In this document: piece after piece, positions 52,143 through 64,000 of the stretch | Layout of the letters: each line of letters starts with the position of its first letter | How positions within the stretch are numbered: the first letter of the stretch is position 1 | Source: Octopus vulgaris | Lineage: Eukaryota | Assembly: GCA_951406725.2 (NCBI GenBank) | Contig: OX597835.1 | Span: 37,014,001-37,078,000, forward strand | Length of the DNA stretch: 64,000 nt | Reading direction: 5' to 3' | Position numbers and translations under genes: made by a program | Notes under the pieces: generated by a model | What the model saw: only the letters and a program-made list of their open reading frames with translations | Database searches by the model: none | Told to the model about the DNA's origin: nothing

Positions 52143-54210
52143 TAAATTAGAAAAAAACCACCTTTTATCAATTCAATAATGAAAAATTAAATTATACCAT
52201 TTAGAAAAATTACATATTATAGAAAGATTAAATATAAGATAAAACATATAACGATGATTAAGTAATGTGCAAAATAATAAATAAAACGTATATATTTGGT
52301 AGAATAACGACGTGTTTCATGGCTATGTTTAAGAAATGATTATAGTAAAAATAATAGTAGTAGTAGTAGTAAAATCGCTTCAATATAAATTATAGCACTC
52401 TTCAGGTTAAAGATAACAACAATAATAAAATAATTAATTAGATAAATTAATAAATATACTTAAATAATCTTGTAAAATACGAAATATTTTAACAAACATA
52501 TTCTTGTTTAAAAAATAAGATACAATTACTTAAAATATTTAAAACAATATATATACACATACAAACACACACACACATGGGCAAGTGTCTTCTACTATAG
52601 CCTCAGCCCGACCAAAGCCTTGTGAGTGGATTTGGTAGACGGAAACTGAAAGAAGCTCGTCGTATATTTCTATATATATATGTGTGTGTTTCTGTGTCTG
52701 TGCTTGTTCCTCCAACATCGCTTGACAACTGATGCTGGTGTGTTTACGTCCCCGTAACTTAATGGTTCGGCAAAAAGAGACCGATACAATAAGTACTAGG
52801 CTTACAAAGAATAAGTCCTGGGGTCGTTTTGCTCGACTAAAGGTGGTGCTCCAGCATAGCCCATAGCCGCAGACTGAAACAAGTAAAAGAGTATATATAT
52901 ATGTATACCCATATATATATATATATGGAGATATTGTGTAACTGCGAAGAACCGACAAATGAAGTGAGTTCATGGCTCGCAGGATGGCCTGCTGTGCTAA
53001 CCTTGGATCTTAGAGTGACCCATTGTTCTTGAGGAAACCTATTGAGTCAAGTACATCAACATCAAAATAAAAATTCAAATGGAAATTGTAGTTAAGATAC
53101 CCATGCCAGTGACGTGTAAAAAGCACTGTCCGAAAGTGGCAGATGCCAGTGCCCCCTGGCTCGCGTCCATGTTGGTGACATGTAAAGTGGCCGTTTGCCA
53201 GGCTGCTCTGGCCCCTGTGCCAGTGGCATGTAACAAACACCCACTACACTCATGGAAGGGCATCCAGCTGTAGAAACACTGCCAAATCAGACTAGAGCCT
53301 GGTGCAGCCTCCATGGCTTTCAGACCCCAGTCGAACTGCCCAACCCATGCTAGCGTGAAAAACGGACGCTAAATGATGATGATGATATATATATATGAGA
53401 TACAAAATATAAATTAAGTGAAAACTAAATACTACAATTTAAACTATATACATTAAAACAAATTATTAATTAATTTATTTAATAAACATCCAAATAAAGT
53501 CTAATACCCATTAAGCAATTTATACTAAAAACCTTAATGTTAATTAATATACACAATGCTAGTACAAGCCATAAATACTGGAATCAAAAATAGGAAACGG
53601 TTCCAATATACACACACCCATTAGATAAACTAACTATATTATTAATATATATGTAGTATCTATAGATTTAATATTTCACTCGATAATTGACCAAAATATC
53701 AATTAATATAAAACTAATTTCCTTAAATGTAATACTACGTAATAAATATACCACCTAATTATTAAATAATATATTGTCTTACAAAACTAATTCTCAAATT
53801 AAATTATATGTAATAAGTTAAATCGCATTATGAAAATAATAATAAAGCATAATAAATAAATAGATATACATATCATAAAAAATAATTATCAAGAAGCTAT
53901 ATATAAAATTAATATTTCAACGACAATAATAATAACAATAATAAAAATAATAATAATCAAACCCAATACAATTCAAAAGCCAAATAATATTGTTAAATAA
54001 AATACGTTACTTAGCTTGTCGATGAATATAACATAACTGAATTTTAAACGTAAAAAAGAAGGTCTTCACGTTTATAAGAAATTAAACTCGTGAAGACATC
54101 GTTATATGTTTTATCTTATATTTAATCTTTCTATTATATGTAATTTTTCTAAATGGTATAATTTAATTTTTCATTATTGAATTGATAAAAGGTGGGTTTT
54201 TTCTAGTTTA
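52143..54210 (-). mobile_element. AT-rich Penelope-like non-autonomous element with inverted terminal duplication and nested SINEs
   Basis: 52143-52256 is the reverse complement of ~54098-54210. Hammerhead at 52305-52409; SINE A at ~52578-52892 and SINE D at ~52985-53385. The same terminus recurs at ~59450-59487. Confidence 0.6.
52305..52409 (-). ncRNA. Hammerhead motif with long stem II
   Basis: TAAC-CTGAAGA-GTGCTAT(..)ATAGCCAT-GAAAC-AC-GTC-GTTA. Confidence 0.6.
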
Positions 54211-54219
54211 TAATATATA

Positions 54220-55061
54220 CTAGCAGAATTGCCCGGCGTTGCTCGGGGCTGAATTGCTTGAAAGTACTGTTAATGATTGCACTGAATTATGATGATTATT
54301 CAGGCAAATATTGATATAAGTTTACGCTGGAAGATAAGGACTTAACGATCAAACATGTGCCACTGCATTGTTTTGGGGGAACCAAATTTCTGATGAGCAT
54401 TATAGGGGCACTAACTTTAAGTTTGAGAATGTGTGGCGGTAGTCCAGGGGGCTCAAAGGAATTGAGTACCTCTATTGGATAGTTGATGACGTCCTGTGGG
54501 TCAGGAGTTGTATTGATAGACTGATATACATAGACTTCCCCAGGAATGAGTTTTAGCATTTCATCATTAATATGGTGAACAGTTTTATTCCTCGGGACCA
54601 GTATAGCCTTTTGGCCAATCCATATTCTGATAATTAGCTTGTAGATCTGGGAACACTGCATCTCTGAGATCAGAAGGCGTCTTAACAATGGTACAAATGG
54701 AATCGATGGCAATATTACCATTTTCATCCCCTGGTATTTTGCCTTCGCCAAGTGCAAGGAGGGTGTGAGGAAATGCTGCTGATGTGATATTACGTCGCAT
54801 ATGAGCACGCATATTGGTGTGAAGTTTGAGGGTTACTTCCCTTTATTTAAAAAAATATGCATTAAAATGGGAGAAAATGATGGTAAATTATTTGTAAAAT
54901 CGTAGACTAATCGTAGACGCACGCTAATACCCAGAAGGGCTCGATATGAATCACGACTATAAGATACTCGGTTTTGGTTAAACTGCATCGCAAAATGTGG
55001 GAGTAGTTAGGAATCTAAATCGGAGTAGACAGACACACAACCTTTCTTTTATATATAAAGA
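54220..55061 (-). mobile_element. Non-autonomous Helitron (842 bp) carrying a Pif1-like helicase fragment
   Basis: A|TCTTTATATATAAAAG 5' end; CCCGAGCAACGCCGGG hairpin and CTAG|T 3' end. Peptide KAILVPRN..INDEML..LNSFEPPGLPPHILKLKVSAPIMLIRNL at ~54330-54790. Confidence 0.9.
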
Positions 55062-55064
55062 TTT

Positions 55065-57157
55065 TCGTCCTAAAAAACTTTGTATGGATTGAATGGTTAC
55101 CTCTATGGAAATATATACACACACATTATACATACATGTGTGTATAGATGAATATATAAATACATTTAAATATCTATATACACTTTTGGGCGATCTTTCT
55201 GCTACCTGGATATACTTTAGATCTTATATTCTTCCAATTCGTCCTAAATAACTTTGTATGGAGTGAATGGTTACCTTTATGGAAATATATACACACACAT
55301 TATACATACATGTGTGTATAGATGAATATATAAATACATTTAAATATCTATATACACTTTTGGGCGATCTTTCTGCTACTTGGATATACTTTAGATCTTA
55401 TATTCGTCCAATTCGTCCTAAATAACTTTGTATGGAGTGAATGGTTACCTCTATGGAAATATATACACACACATTATACATACATGTGTGTATAGATGAA
55501 TATATAAATACATTTAAATATCTATATACACTTTTGTGGGATCTTTCTGCTACTTGGATATACTTTAGATCTTATATTCTTCCAATTCGTCCTAAATAAC
55601 TTTGTATGGAGTGAATGGTTACCTTTATGGAAATATATACACACACATTATACATACATGTGTGTATAGATGAATATATAAATACATTTAAATATCTATA
55701 TACACTTTTGGGCAATCTTTCTGCTACCTGGATATACTTTAGATCTTATATTCGTCCAATTCGTCCTAAATAACTTTGTATGGAGTGAATGGTTACCTCT
55801 ATGGAAATAGATACACACACATTATACATACATGTGTGTATAGATGAATATATAAATACATTTAAATATCTATATACACTTTTGGGCGATCTTTCTGCTA
55901 CCTGGATATACTTTAGATCTTATATTTGTCCAATTCGTCCTAAATAACTTTGTATGGAGTGAATGGTTACCTTTATGGAAATATATACACACACATTATA
56001 CATACATGTGTGTATAGATGAATATATAAATACATTTAAATATCTATATACACTTTTGGGCGATCTTTCTGCTACTTGGATATACTTTAGATCTTATATT
56101 CGTCCAATTCGTCCTAAATAACTTTGTATGGAGTGAATGGTTACCTTTATGGAAATATATACACACACATTATACATACATGTGTGTATAGATGAATATA
56201 TAAATACATTTAAATATCTATATACACTTTTGGGCGATCTTTCTGCTACTTGGATATACTTTAGATCTTATATTCGTCCAATTCGTCCTAAATAACTTTG
56301 TATGGAGTGAATGGTTACCTCTATGGAAATATATACACACACATTATACATACATGTGTGTATAGATGAATATATAAATACATTTAAATATCTATATACA
56401 CTTTTGTGGGATCTTTCTGCTACTTGGATATACTTTAGATCTTATATTCTTCCAATTCGTCCTAAATAACTTTGTATGGAGTGAATGGTTACCTTTATGG
56501 AAATATATACACACACATTATACATACATGTGTGTATAGATGAATATATAAATACATTTAAATATCTATATACACTTTTGGGCGATCTTTCTGCTACCTG
56601 GATATACTTTAGATCTTATATTCGTCCAATTCGTCCTAAATAACTTTGTATGGAGTGAATGGTTACCTCTATGGAAATATATACACACACATTATACATA
56701 CATGTGTGTATAGATGAATATATAAATACATTTAAATATCTATATACACTTTTGGGCGATCTTTCTGCTACCTGGATATACTTTAGATCTTATATTTGTC
56801 CAATTCGTCCTAAATAACTTTGTATGGAGTGAATGGTTACCTTTATGGAAATATATACACACACATTATACATACATGTGTGTATAGATGAATATATAAA
56901 TACATTTAAATATCTATATACACTTTTGGGCGATCTTTCTGCTACTTGGATATACTTTAGATCTTATATTCGTCCTAAATAACTTTGTATGGAGTGAATG
57001 GTTACCTCTATGGAAATATATACACACACATTATACATACATGTGAGTATAGATGAATATATAAATACATTTAAATATCTATAAACACTTTTGGGCGATC
57101 TTTCTGCTACTTGGATATACTTTAGATCTTATATTCGTCGTAAATAACTTTGTATGA
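55065..57157. repeat. Satellite array: 10 x 174-bp plus 2 x 165-bp monomers
   Basis: Unit starts at 55065, 55239, 55413, 55587, 55761, 55935, 56109, 56283, 56457, 56631, 56805, 56970 and (partial) 57135. Confidence 0.95.
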
Positions 57158-57529
57158 ATTGAAAAAGAAAACGAATTGAAATTTTTAAGAAAGGAATTTG
57201 TTTACATACATGTGTGAAATGGCAAATGTTTGTGCAGTTGTCCGAAATGTAACCAGGGTAAATGTGTGGAACTGATGTATAATAATGAATAGTCCTTCTT
57301 GTTGTGAATATTAATTTGATGAATATGAACTGAAAACCAGTGGTGTAGCATAGGTGATCTTCTAGCAAAAAGGATGACCAGTCTGAATGGGTCATCCCTG
57401 TCACACACACACACACGCACACACACACACACACACACGCACACACGTTAGCTTACAATTTTATTTACATATTTGCGTGTCTATGTGTGTAAAGAGGAAG
57501 TGGGAGTAATGTGCAGAGTAAAGGCTTCG

Positions 57530-58133
57530 AAGTGAAATGTTAAAATATTGAGTTTTCTCGAATTTTGTCTTAATTGGGGGTGAAATTGAAAGAAATTTTG
57601 TATGGCATGACCGAATGGAAGTACTTTGAAAAATCATAGGTAAACTGTAATTGAACAAATTGTGTGAGGAGTAAATCGTTATGTATTTATTTGTTTCTGT
57701 TTGCTGGTTTTTTTTGTTTTTGAGTAGTGTTGTAAGGTACACTTGCAAAGAGAAAGTGGGAGAAATTATGGTGATAGCATGAGTGATCCGTTTTATATAA
57801 ATACTTTCACTTTAATCGTTGCACACTTGCAAAGAGAAAGGAGGAGAAATTAGGGTGATAGAATGAGTGAAGCATTTCGCTCCGTTTGTGTGTGTGTGTG
57901 TGTGTGTGTGCTGTAGCACACACTAAGAAAAGCACTTCGCTTACACACCACAATGTGAGTTTTCTTGAAATTTTGCTTAATTGGGGTTGAAATTTGAAAA
58001 ACTGTACCTGGCACGACCCGATGTATTCTACTCTTAAAAATGCTAGGTAAATTGTAATTGAAGAAATCCTATATTGTAGATTTCTATAAGAGACAAAGGG
58101 AGGCAGATAAAATCTGCCTTTTATAATAAGAGA
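57530..58133 (-). mobile_element. Helitron-like 5' portion
   Basis: A|TCTCTTATTATAAAAGGCAGATTT 5' end like the other Helitrons; internal diverged duplication (~57550-57660 versus ~57955-58070). Confidence 0.5.
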
Positions 58134-58365
58134 TATATATATATTATATTTTGTGAAATTTGATTTAGTATTTCTAAATTGAATTTTTCCCTGTAAGTTT
58201 GGAATAATATTCCCTCATATTATTATTATTATTATCATCATCATACATACATACACACACACACACACATACACACATGTATATACATATATACAAAAAT
58301 AATTTTTTCAGAATGAAATAAAATTCCAAGTCTGCGAAATATTTTAGAACATTTATAAATAGAAG

Positions 58366-58413
58366 GTCTCACAGCTGTTTCTGGGATATTTTATATATCC
58401 CTTCATCAGAGAC
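58366..58413 (-). ncRNA. Hammerhead motif with GUG (non-cleavable) triplet
   Basis: GTCT-CTGATGA-A-GGGATAT(..)ATATCCC-A-GAAAC-AGCT-GTG-AGAC. Confidence 0.6.
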
Positions 58414-58679
58414 AGTGTGAGAAAATGGTTATAGTTATTTTAGATAAGATATGAAACAGAGAATGAAGTGGAGGAATGTAAATAGACGTGAGAGGTGCAG
58501 GGATATTGCATATGTGGGTCCATTATTTAGACTTCTCATTTGCATAAACACCAAACCTAGAGCTTAACTATAGTCTATCCATAGCACTTACTCAGCATCA
58601 CCTGACACCTGTGAGTTTTATTGACACCATTACCTCTCATAACCTCTATACATATATACATACATTCATACATACATAT

Positions 58680-59035
58680 ATATATATAAATAGCAAAATG
58701 TCTGTGTGTCCTTTATACAAATCCATAATTTTTCAGTTAGAGAGCTCGCACTTTCTATGGTCACTCAAAACCGTCCAAGGGTGGTCATGCACATCTTTAC
58801 ATTTCCCCAGTCACCCCGTAAAGCCAGTAAAAAAATCAATAGAAGTGACTTTTTTGTGAATTTTCTATCTAAAACCCAATCAAAATGCTCGAAACTTGAT
58901 TCGCCAATTGAATGCCAGCTAGCTGTATGTGATTGGTCGGAGATTTCGACAGTACTCGCGTATATGTACGCATGCACGCAGCTGTATATGCATGCACTAG
59001 CACTATGATCCGGCAACACCGGGTCATAGTGCTAG
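58680..59035 (+). mobile_element. Non-autonomous Helitron-like element
   Basis: 5' TATATAAA..TGTCTGTGTGT like 50227; 3' CCGGCAACACCGGG hairpin and CTAG|T. Confidence 0.6.
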
Positions 59036-59713
59036 TGCATGCATATACAATATTTGGAATATTGCTGGTGAGAGCGAGTACATTTGAGTATGGTATGATA
59101 ATCCCTCAAAATGAATACTGTTGGAAAAATGGAGTTAATAAAGATGGACTAATCACTAAAGGATATACCAATACCAACTAAGGACACTTACTTTAAGGAA
59201 TTAATATGGTTGTCGTTTTGATAAATAAATAAGTTAACATTTTAATGTCCTGAAGTTGATGAACCAACTAATGTGCTTCTCCATTTTCTTATTTGCAATA
59301 TATATATAATAATTATTATTTGAGGGAATAAATTATATACGTTTTTATTATTATTTTTTTGCAATTTACTTAATCATTGACACTTTATTGTTATTTTAAT
59401 TTTAATTTATTATATGTAATTTTCTAGATGGTGTAATTTAATTGTTTCATTTTGAATTGATAAAAGGTGGGTTTTTTTTTCTAATTATATATACATATAT
59501 GAAAACAAAATGAGGCAAGAGAAGTAAAAGTGATATGTATTTGCATAACATTGTCCAGACAATGGACATGAGTTAGAATAATAAAATAAGAACAGTAATA
59601 AACACGAGAAGAAAAATATACAGTGTGTGTGTTTATGTGGTAAAAAAAAGAAAGAAATGACTGTCCCAAAATACAACATATATATAAATGCATACATATA
59701 TATATATACATAC

Positions 59714-59746
<33 letters not shown>

Positions 59747-59928
59747 CATACGTATATACATATATATATACATACATATATATATATATGTATATATATA
59801 TATGCATACATATACATGTATATGTGTATATATATATATGTGTGTGTATATATATGTGTATATATATATATGTATATATATATGTGTGTGTATATATATA
59901 TATATATATGTGTGTGTATATATAGATA

Positions 59929-59964
<36 letters not shown>

Positions 59965-59989
59965 CACACACATATATATATGTGTGATT

Positions 59990-60021
<32 letters not shown>

Positions 60022-60557
60022 GAGAGAGAGAAAGAAAGATGTGTTGAGGGGGAACAAACGAAGACGTATGAGAGAAGGGGAGATAAAGAGGGAGAGGGTA
60101 GAGGAATAGAGAGAGCGAAGAGCAAAGTGGTAACCAGCCATGGCAACCGCCGCAGCATGGTCACAATGGAGGCCTTAGCAACAAGTGGTTGACTTGTTAA
60201 GAGCAAGGCTGACTCATTGATGAATCACAGGGGTCCTTGTGGATTCAAGTGATCGTTGGGACTTTGAGGTAAGTAGGAGTGTTAATAGTGGTAATGGTGG
60301 TGGTGGTGGTGGTGATGGGGATCTTGTTGTGTGTTAGAAGCAGGAAGCGGTGTTGGAGGTGTTTAAGTATTGGCTTGCGTGTATGCATGGAGGCTAAATA
60401 ATTGATTATACTTGATATGCAACAATGAAGTCATGCATGCATGTACGTAAGTTGTATTTAAAGTTGAAATTAAGGTGTAGACACGAAACATTAAAATGCA
60501 TGTATGTATGTATACGTATATGTATATGTATGTATATGTATATGTATATGTATGTAT

Positions 60558-61460
60558 ATCATTATTCAGTTTTATTTCAAGGTTTCTTGCCAATAGAGAA
60601 AGAGCTGGTTTCTAACCCTAGATCCAAGGTTCCTTCATTGGAACTTCAACATGAACAACAGGGTATTTTTGTTTGTATGTATTTATGTATAGATGTATGT
60701 ATGTATACATGCAGATTTGCATTTTGTTTTAAGTCTGTATTTCTCATGCATATAGTTGCATGTCTAGACATGTATGTATGTATGTGTGTGTGTATGTATG
60801 TGTGTATATGTATGTATCTGTGTGTGTGTATGTATGTATGTGTGTGTATATGTTTGTATGTATGTATGTATGTATGTATGTGTGTGTGTATGTATGTATG
60901 TGTGTGTATATGTATGTATGTATGTATGTATGTGTGTATGTGTGTGTGTATGTACGTATGTGTGAGTGTGTGTGTGTGTATGTATGTCAGTTTTATTTCA
61001 AGGTTTCTTGCCAATAGAGAAAGAGCTGGTTTCGAATGTAGATCCAAGGCTCCTTTATTGGAATTTCAACAACATCAACAGCTTATTTTTATATGTATGT
61101 GTGTATGTATGTATATAGTTTCGTGACTAGACATGCATACATACATGTATGTATGTCATTATCCAGTTTTATTTCAAGATTTCTTACAAACAGAGAGAGA
61201 GAGAGAGAGAGAGAGAGTGAGAGAGAGAGAGAGAGAGAGATAGATAGAGAGAAAGCTGCTTTCTAATCTAGATCCAAGACTCTTTCCTTACAATTTCAAT
61301 AACATCAACTGGATATCTTTGTATGTGTGTATTTGTGCAGATTGCTATGTTTTTTTAATGCATTCTCATGCATATAGTTGCATGTCTAGACATGTATGTA
61401 TGTCTTCTGCTGTTAATTATTTAGATTCTTTTCCTGAACAAGGAACTGGTTTCTAACAGT
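60558..61460. repeat. Three to four degenerate ~110-bp repeats separated by microsatellites
   Basis: CAGTTTTATTTCAAG..TTCTT..AGAGAAAGAGCTGGTTTC..TAGATCCAAG at ~60567, ~60988 and ~61164. Confidence 0.65.
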
Positions 61461-61831
61461 GATACAAAGTTCTACCGTTACAGTGTAAATAACAAAAACA
61501 ATGTCACATTTTAAACTTGAGAAAACTCTTGCATATTTTTACTGTTCCACTTACAGATTATATTTGTGATGTGTGAATCAAATGTTTGATTTCTTTTTCT
61601 GAAGATGTATGTGTGTGTGTGTACAGTGGTCTAGCTTGTGTGTGTAAGGGGCAACCCTTACGTTTGTCATCTCCGCCTCTTATACAGGGTTAAATAACAG
61701 ACCCAAAAGCATTGCTTGGGCTGACTGCCCATCTCTTCTCCCCCCCCACAGTAGCTACGCCACTGCATGTGTATGTATCCATGCTTCTCTCTTTCTCTCT
61801 CTTCCCCCTCTCTCTGTATATGTATATATGC

Positions 61832-61863
<32 letters not shown>

Positions 61864-61865
61864 GC

Positions 61866-61899
<34 letters not shown>

Positions 61900-61926
61900 G
61901 TGTATATATATATATATTATATAGGT

Positions 61927-62200
61927 GGAGGCGCAATGGCCCAGTGGTTAGGGCAGCGAACTCCTGGTCGGAGGATCGCAGTTTCGATTCCCAGACTGGG
62001 TGTTGTGTGTGTTTATTGAGCAAAAACACCTAAAAGCTCCACGAGGCTCCAGCAGGGGGTGGTGGCCACAACTTTCTCTCACTCTATCTTCCCGTTTCTT
62101 GAGTAACGCTGCAATGGAGTGGCATCCCGTCCAGCTGGGGGGAATATATATGCCACAGGAACCAGGCCCATGAGCCTGGCTAGGCTTGAAAAGGGCGACG
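61927..62200 (+). mobile_element. SINE family C, alternative tail
   Basis: Matches 34243-34548. Confidence 0.75.
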
Positions 62201-62681
62201 TTTGTTGTTATATATATATATAAATATATATAGAGAGAGAGAGAGTGAGTGTTTTATTGAAGCTGGAAAACTTCAGAAACAGTTACTCAGGGTTTCCTGT
62301 AATCTTCACGCATGGGGACAACGGAGGATACTCCAGCATCAGTTCCAGCACAGTTTCTTGGCTGACTGCCCTTCCTAACACCAACCACTTTTACAGAGTG
62401 TGCTGGGTGCTTTTTGCCTGGCTCCAGCACTAGTGAAGTCAGCTTGCAACTTGCAAGACTAAGGGCTGAAACTGAACCCTATAAACAGAATGTGAATAGA
62501 AGAAAGAATGAGCCAAGATTCAACTTAAGGGGTCGAGGGAGAGCAAAGCACAGTGAGAGTAAAATATTTATAGTTGGGGAGAGGTTGATAGTGGGGAGAG
62601 TTATAGAGAGAACATTATTGAGAAGAGAGTATGGAAGGGACAGAAGAAGGGAATAGATTAATGTCAGGAGATTACAGGTAA

Positions 62682-62833
62682 GTTCACCGTCATCAATTCA
62701 TCGCAGGGGTGTTCACTGCCATCAATTCATCGCAGGGGTGTTCACTGCCATCAATTCATCGCAAGGGTGTTCACTGCCATCAATTCATCGCAGGGGTGTT
62801 CACTACCATCAATTCACCATGAAGAAAGTTCAC
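62682..62833. repeat. 29-bp minisatellite, about 5 copies
   Basis: GTTCACTGCCATCAATTCATCGCAGGGGT at 62682, 62711, 62740, 62769 and 62798. Confidence 0.9.
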
Positions 62834-62953
62834 TGTGAACTCTAGAGTTTGAAAATAAGGATTTCTAAAATTCTTTTACTGTGAACTTATCTCTCCGTAA
62901 ACTTTTCTTGTAGTGAACATTCCTTATGGTGAATTAATGATGCTGAATATTTC

Positions 62954-63396
62954 TCTTATATTATTATTATTATTATAATAATAATGGAGTGGTTGTATAC
63001 TGTCAACATAACGTGACAGTCCCGTAAGGGAATTACACCACCACAATTTAGCCCCTAGGACCATCGACGCTTCCTGTCGGCTTTGACACATTTCCCGTGT
63101 CCGTATATTTGCAAAGGGGAGGCAAGCACCCCCACCAGCTAGGACTAGCAACCTGAAGACATGCATGTTTCTGGGTCTTACCTGTCATCAGTCCAGGGTA
63201 GTGAGTCCTGCTAGTTGAGATAGCTGCCCAGCCTTCACAAATATATATATTTACAGTGAAATTTATTCACTGGTCAACATTCAGAATGGTCCTAGGGGCT
63301 AAATTGCGGTGGTGTAATTCCCTTACGGGACTGTCACGTTATGTTGACAGTATACAACCACTCCATTATTATTATTATAATAATAATAATATAAGA
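62954..63396 (-). mobile_element. Second locus of the ~350-bp hammerhead repeat family, with ~110-bp inverted termini
   Basis: Homologous to 25886-26200; 62954-63064 is the reverse complement of 63286-63396. Confidence 0.8.
63152..63197 (-). ncRNA. Type-I hammerhead ribozyme (copy 3)
   Basis: CCTGGA-CTGATGA-CAGGTAAGACCCA-GAAAC-ATGCAT-GTC-TTCAGG. Confidence 0.8.
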
Positions 63397-63650
63397 AAGC
63401 ATTCAAGGACCCTTAAATGACGTTTGTAAAGGGTCCATGTCTCACATAAGTAAAGGAGCAATGTCAGTACACATGCATGGTACACAGCAATTTTTGTTTG
63501 GTTTGTGATGCCATGCTGGGACCAGACACGAGACTGGAAGGAATCAGTTGCTCTCTGCAACCTGAAAGATATTTCATTATCCAGGGAGCAAGAATGGCTG
63601 AGCGTGCTGCCCAGGTAGAAAGACTTGTCTACCACTTTCAGAGGAACAAA
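63397..63650 (-). mobile_element. RTE-clade LINE ORF2 fragment
   Basis: YLGSTLS..DNEISFRL..VW..TKIAVYHACVLTLLLYLCETWTLYKRHL. Confidence 0.8.
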
Positions 63651-64000
63651 AGACAAAGACAGGTATACATACATACATGTATGTATGTATGTGTGTGTGT
63701 ATGTATATATATATATATATAAACAAAAATGAGCTAAGATAAATAAGTGAAAGTGGCATGTATTTGAATGACATAAACAGAGTACTTGTATTTCTTCAGA
63801 GAAGGACAGATGCGAGGGTATTTATGAGGCAAAGAAGCTGTAGGGAGAGGACAGTGAGAAGGAGAGAGGGGGGAGAGAGGGAAACGAGGTAAAGGAGGAG
63901 AGCAGCAAGGAGCTGGATGTGCTACAGTGGTGGCGGTGCAGAACCGAGTGTGAATGCAGTAAAGAAATGTTCAAGGTGGAGAGGCTGTGGTGAAAGGATG

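Noticed and set aside
55065-57157. CRISPR-like regular array
   Set aside because: Whole units are repeated with no unique spacers, no cas genes are present, and the context is eukaryotic.

Overview
AT-rich, microsatellite- and SINE-saturated eukaryotic DNA. The SINE families look like those of Octopus; this taxon is inferred, not proven. One clear protein-coding gene is present on the + strand. It has a 3.9 kb terminal exon (38596-42508) and a probable phase-compatible 90-nt upstream exon (33115-33204). The product is a largely disordered protein with about 30 [S/T]-P-x-[K/R] histone-H1-tail-like repeats, a long Glu-rich tract, a bipartite-NLS-like motif and a C-terminal CaaX box (CTIL). The rest is transposon debris: several mariner, pogo and maT relics, non-autonomous Helitrons (one beside a 174-bp satellite with 5-mer higher-order structure), L1/Tx1 and RTE fragments, MITEs, four SINE families and a tRNA-Phe copy with a GGA anticodon. 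The most unusual non-coding signal is about ten type-I hammerhead-ribozyme motifs from several repeat families. They include a tandem ~350-bp retrozyme/Penelope-like array with covarying ribozymes, interrupted by a Tx1-like LINE with a 16-bp target-site duplication. No prokaryotic features, rRNA or CRISPR arrays were seen.
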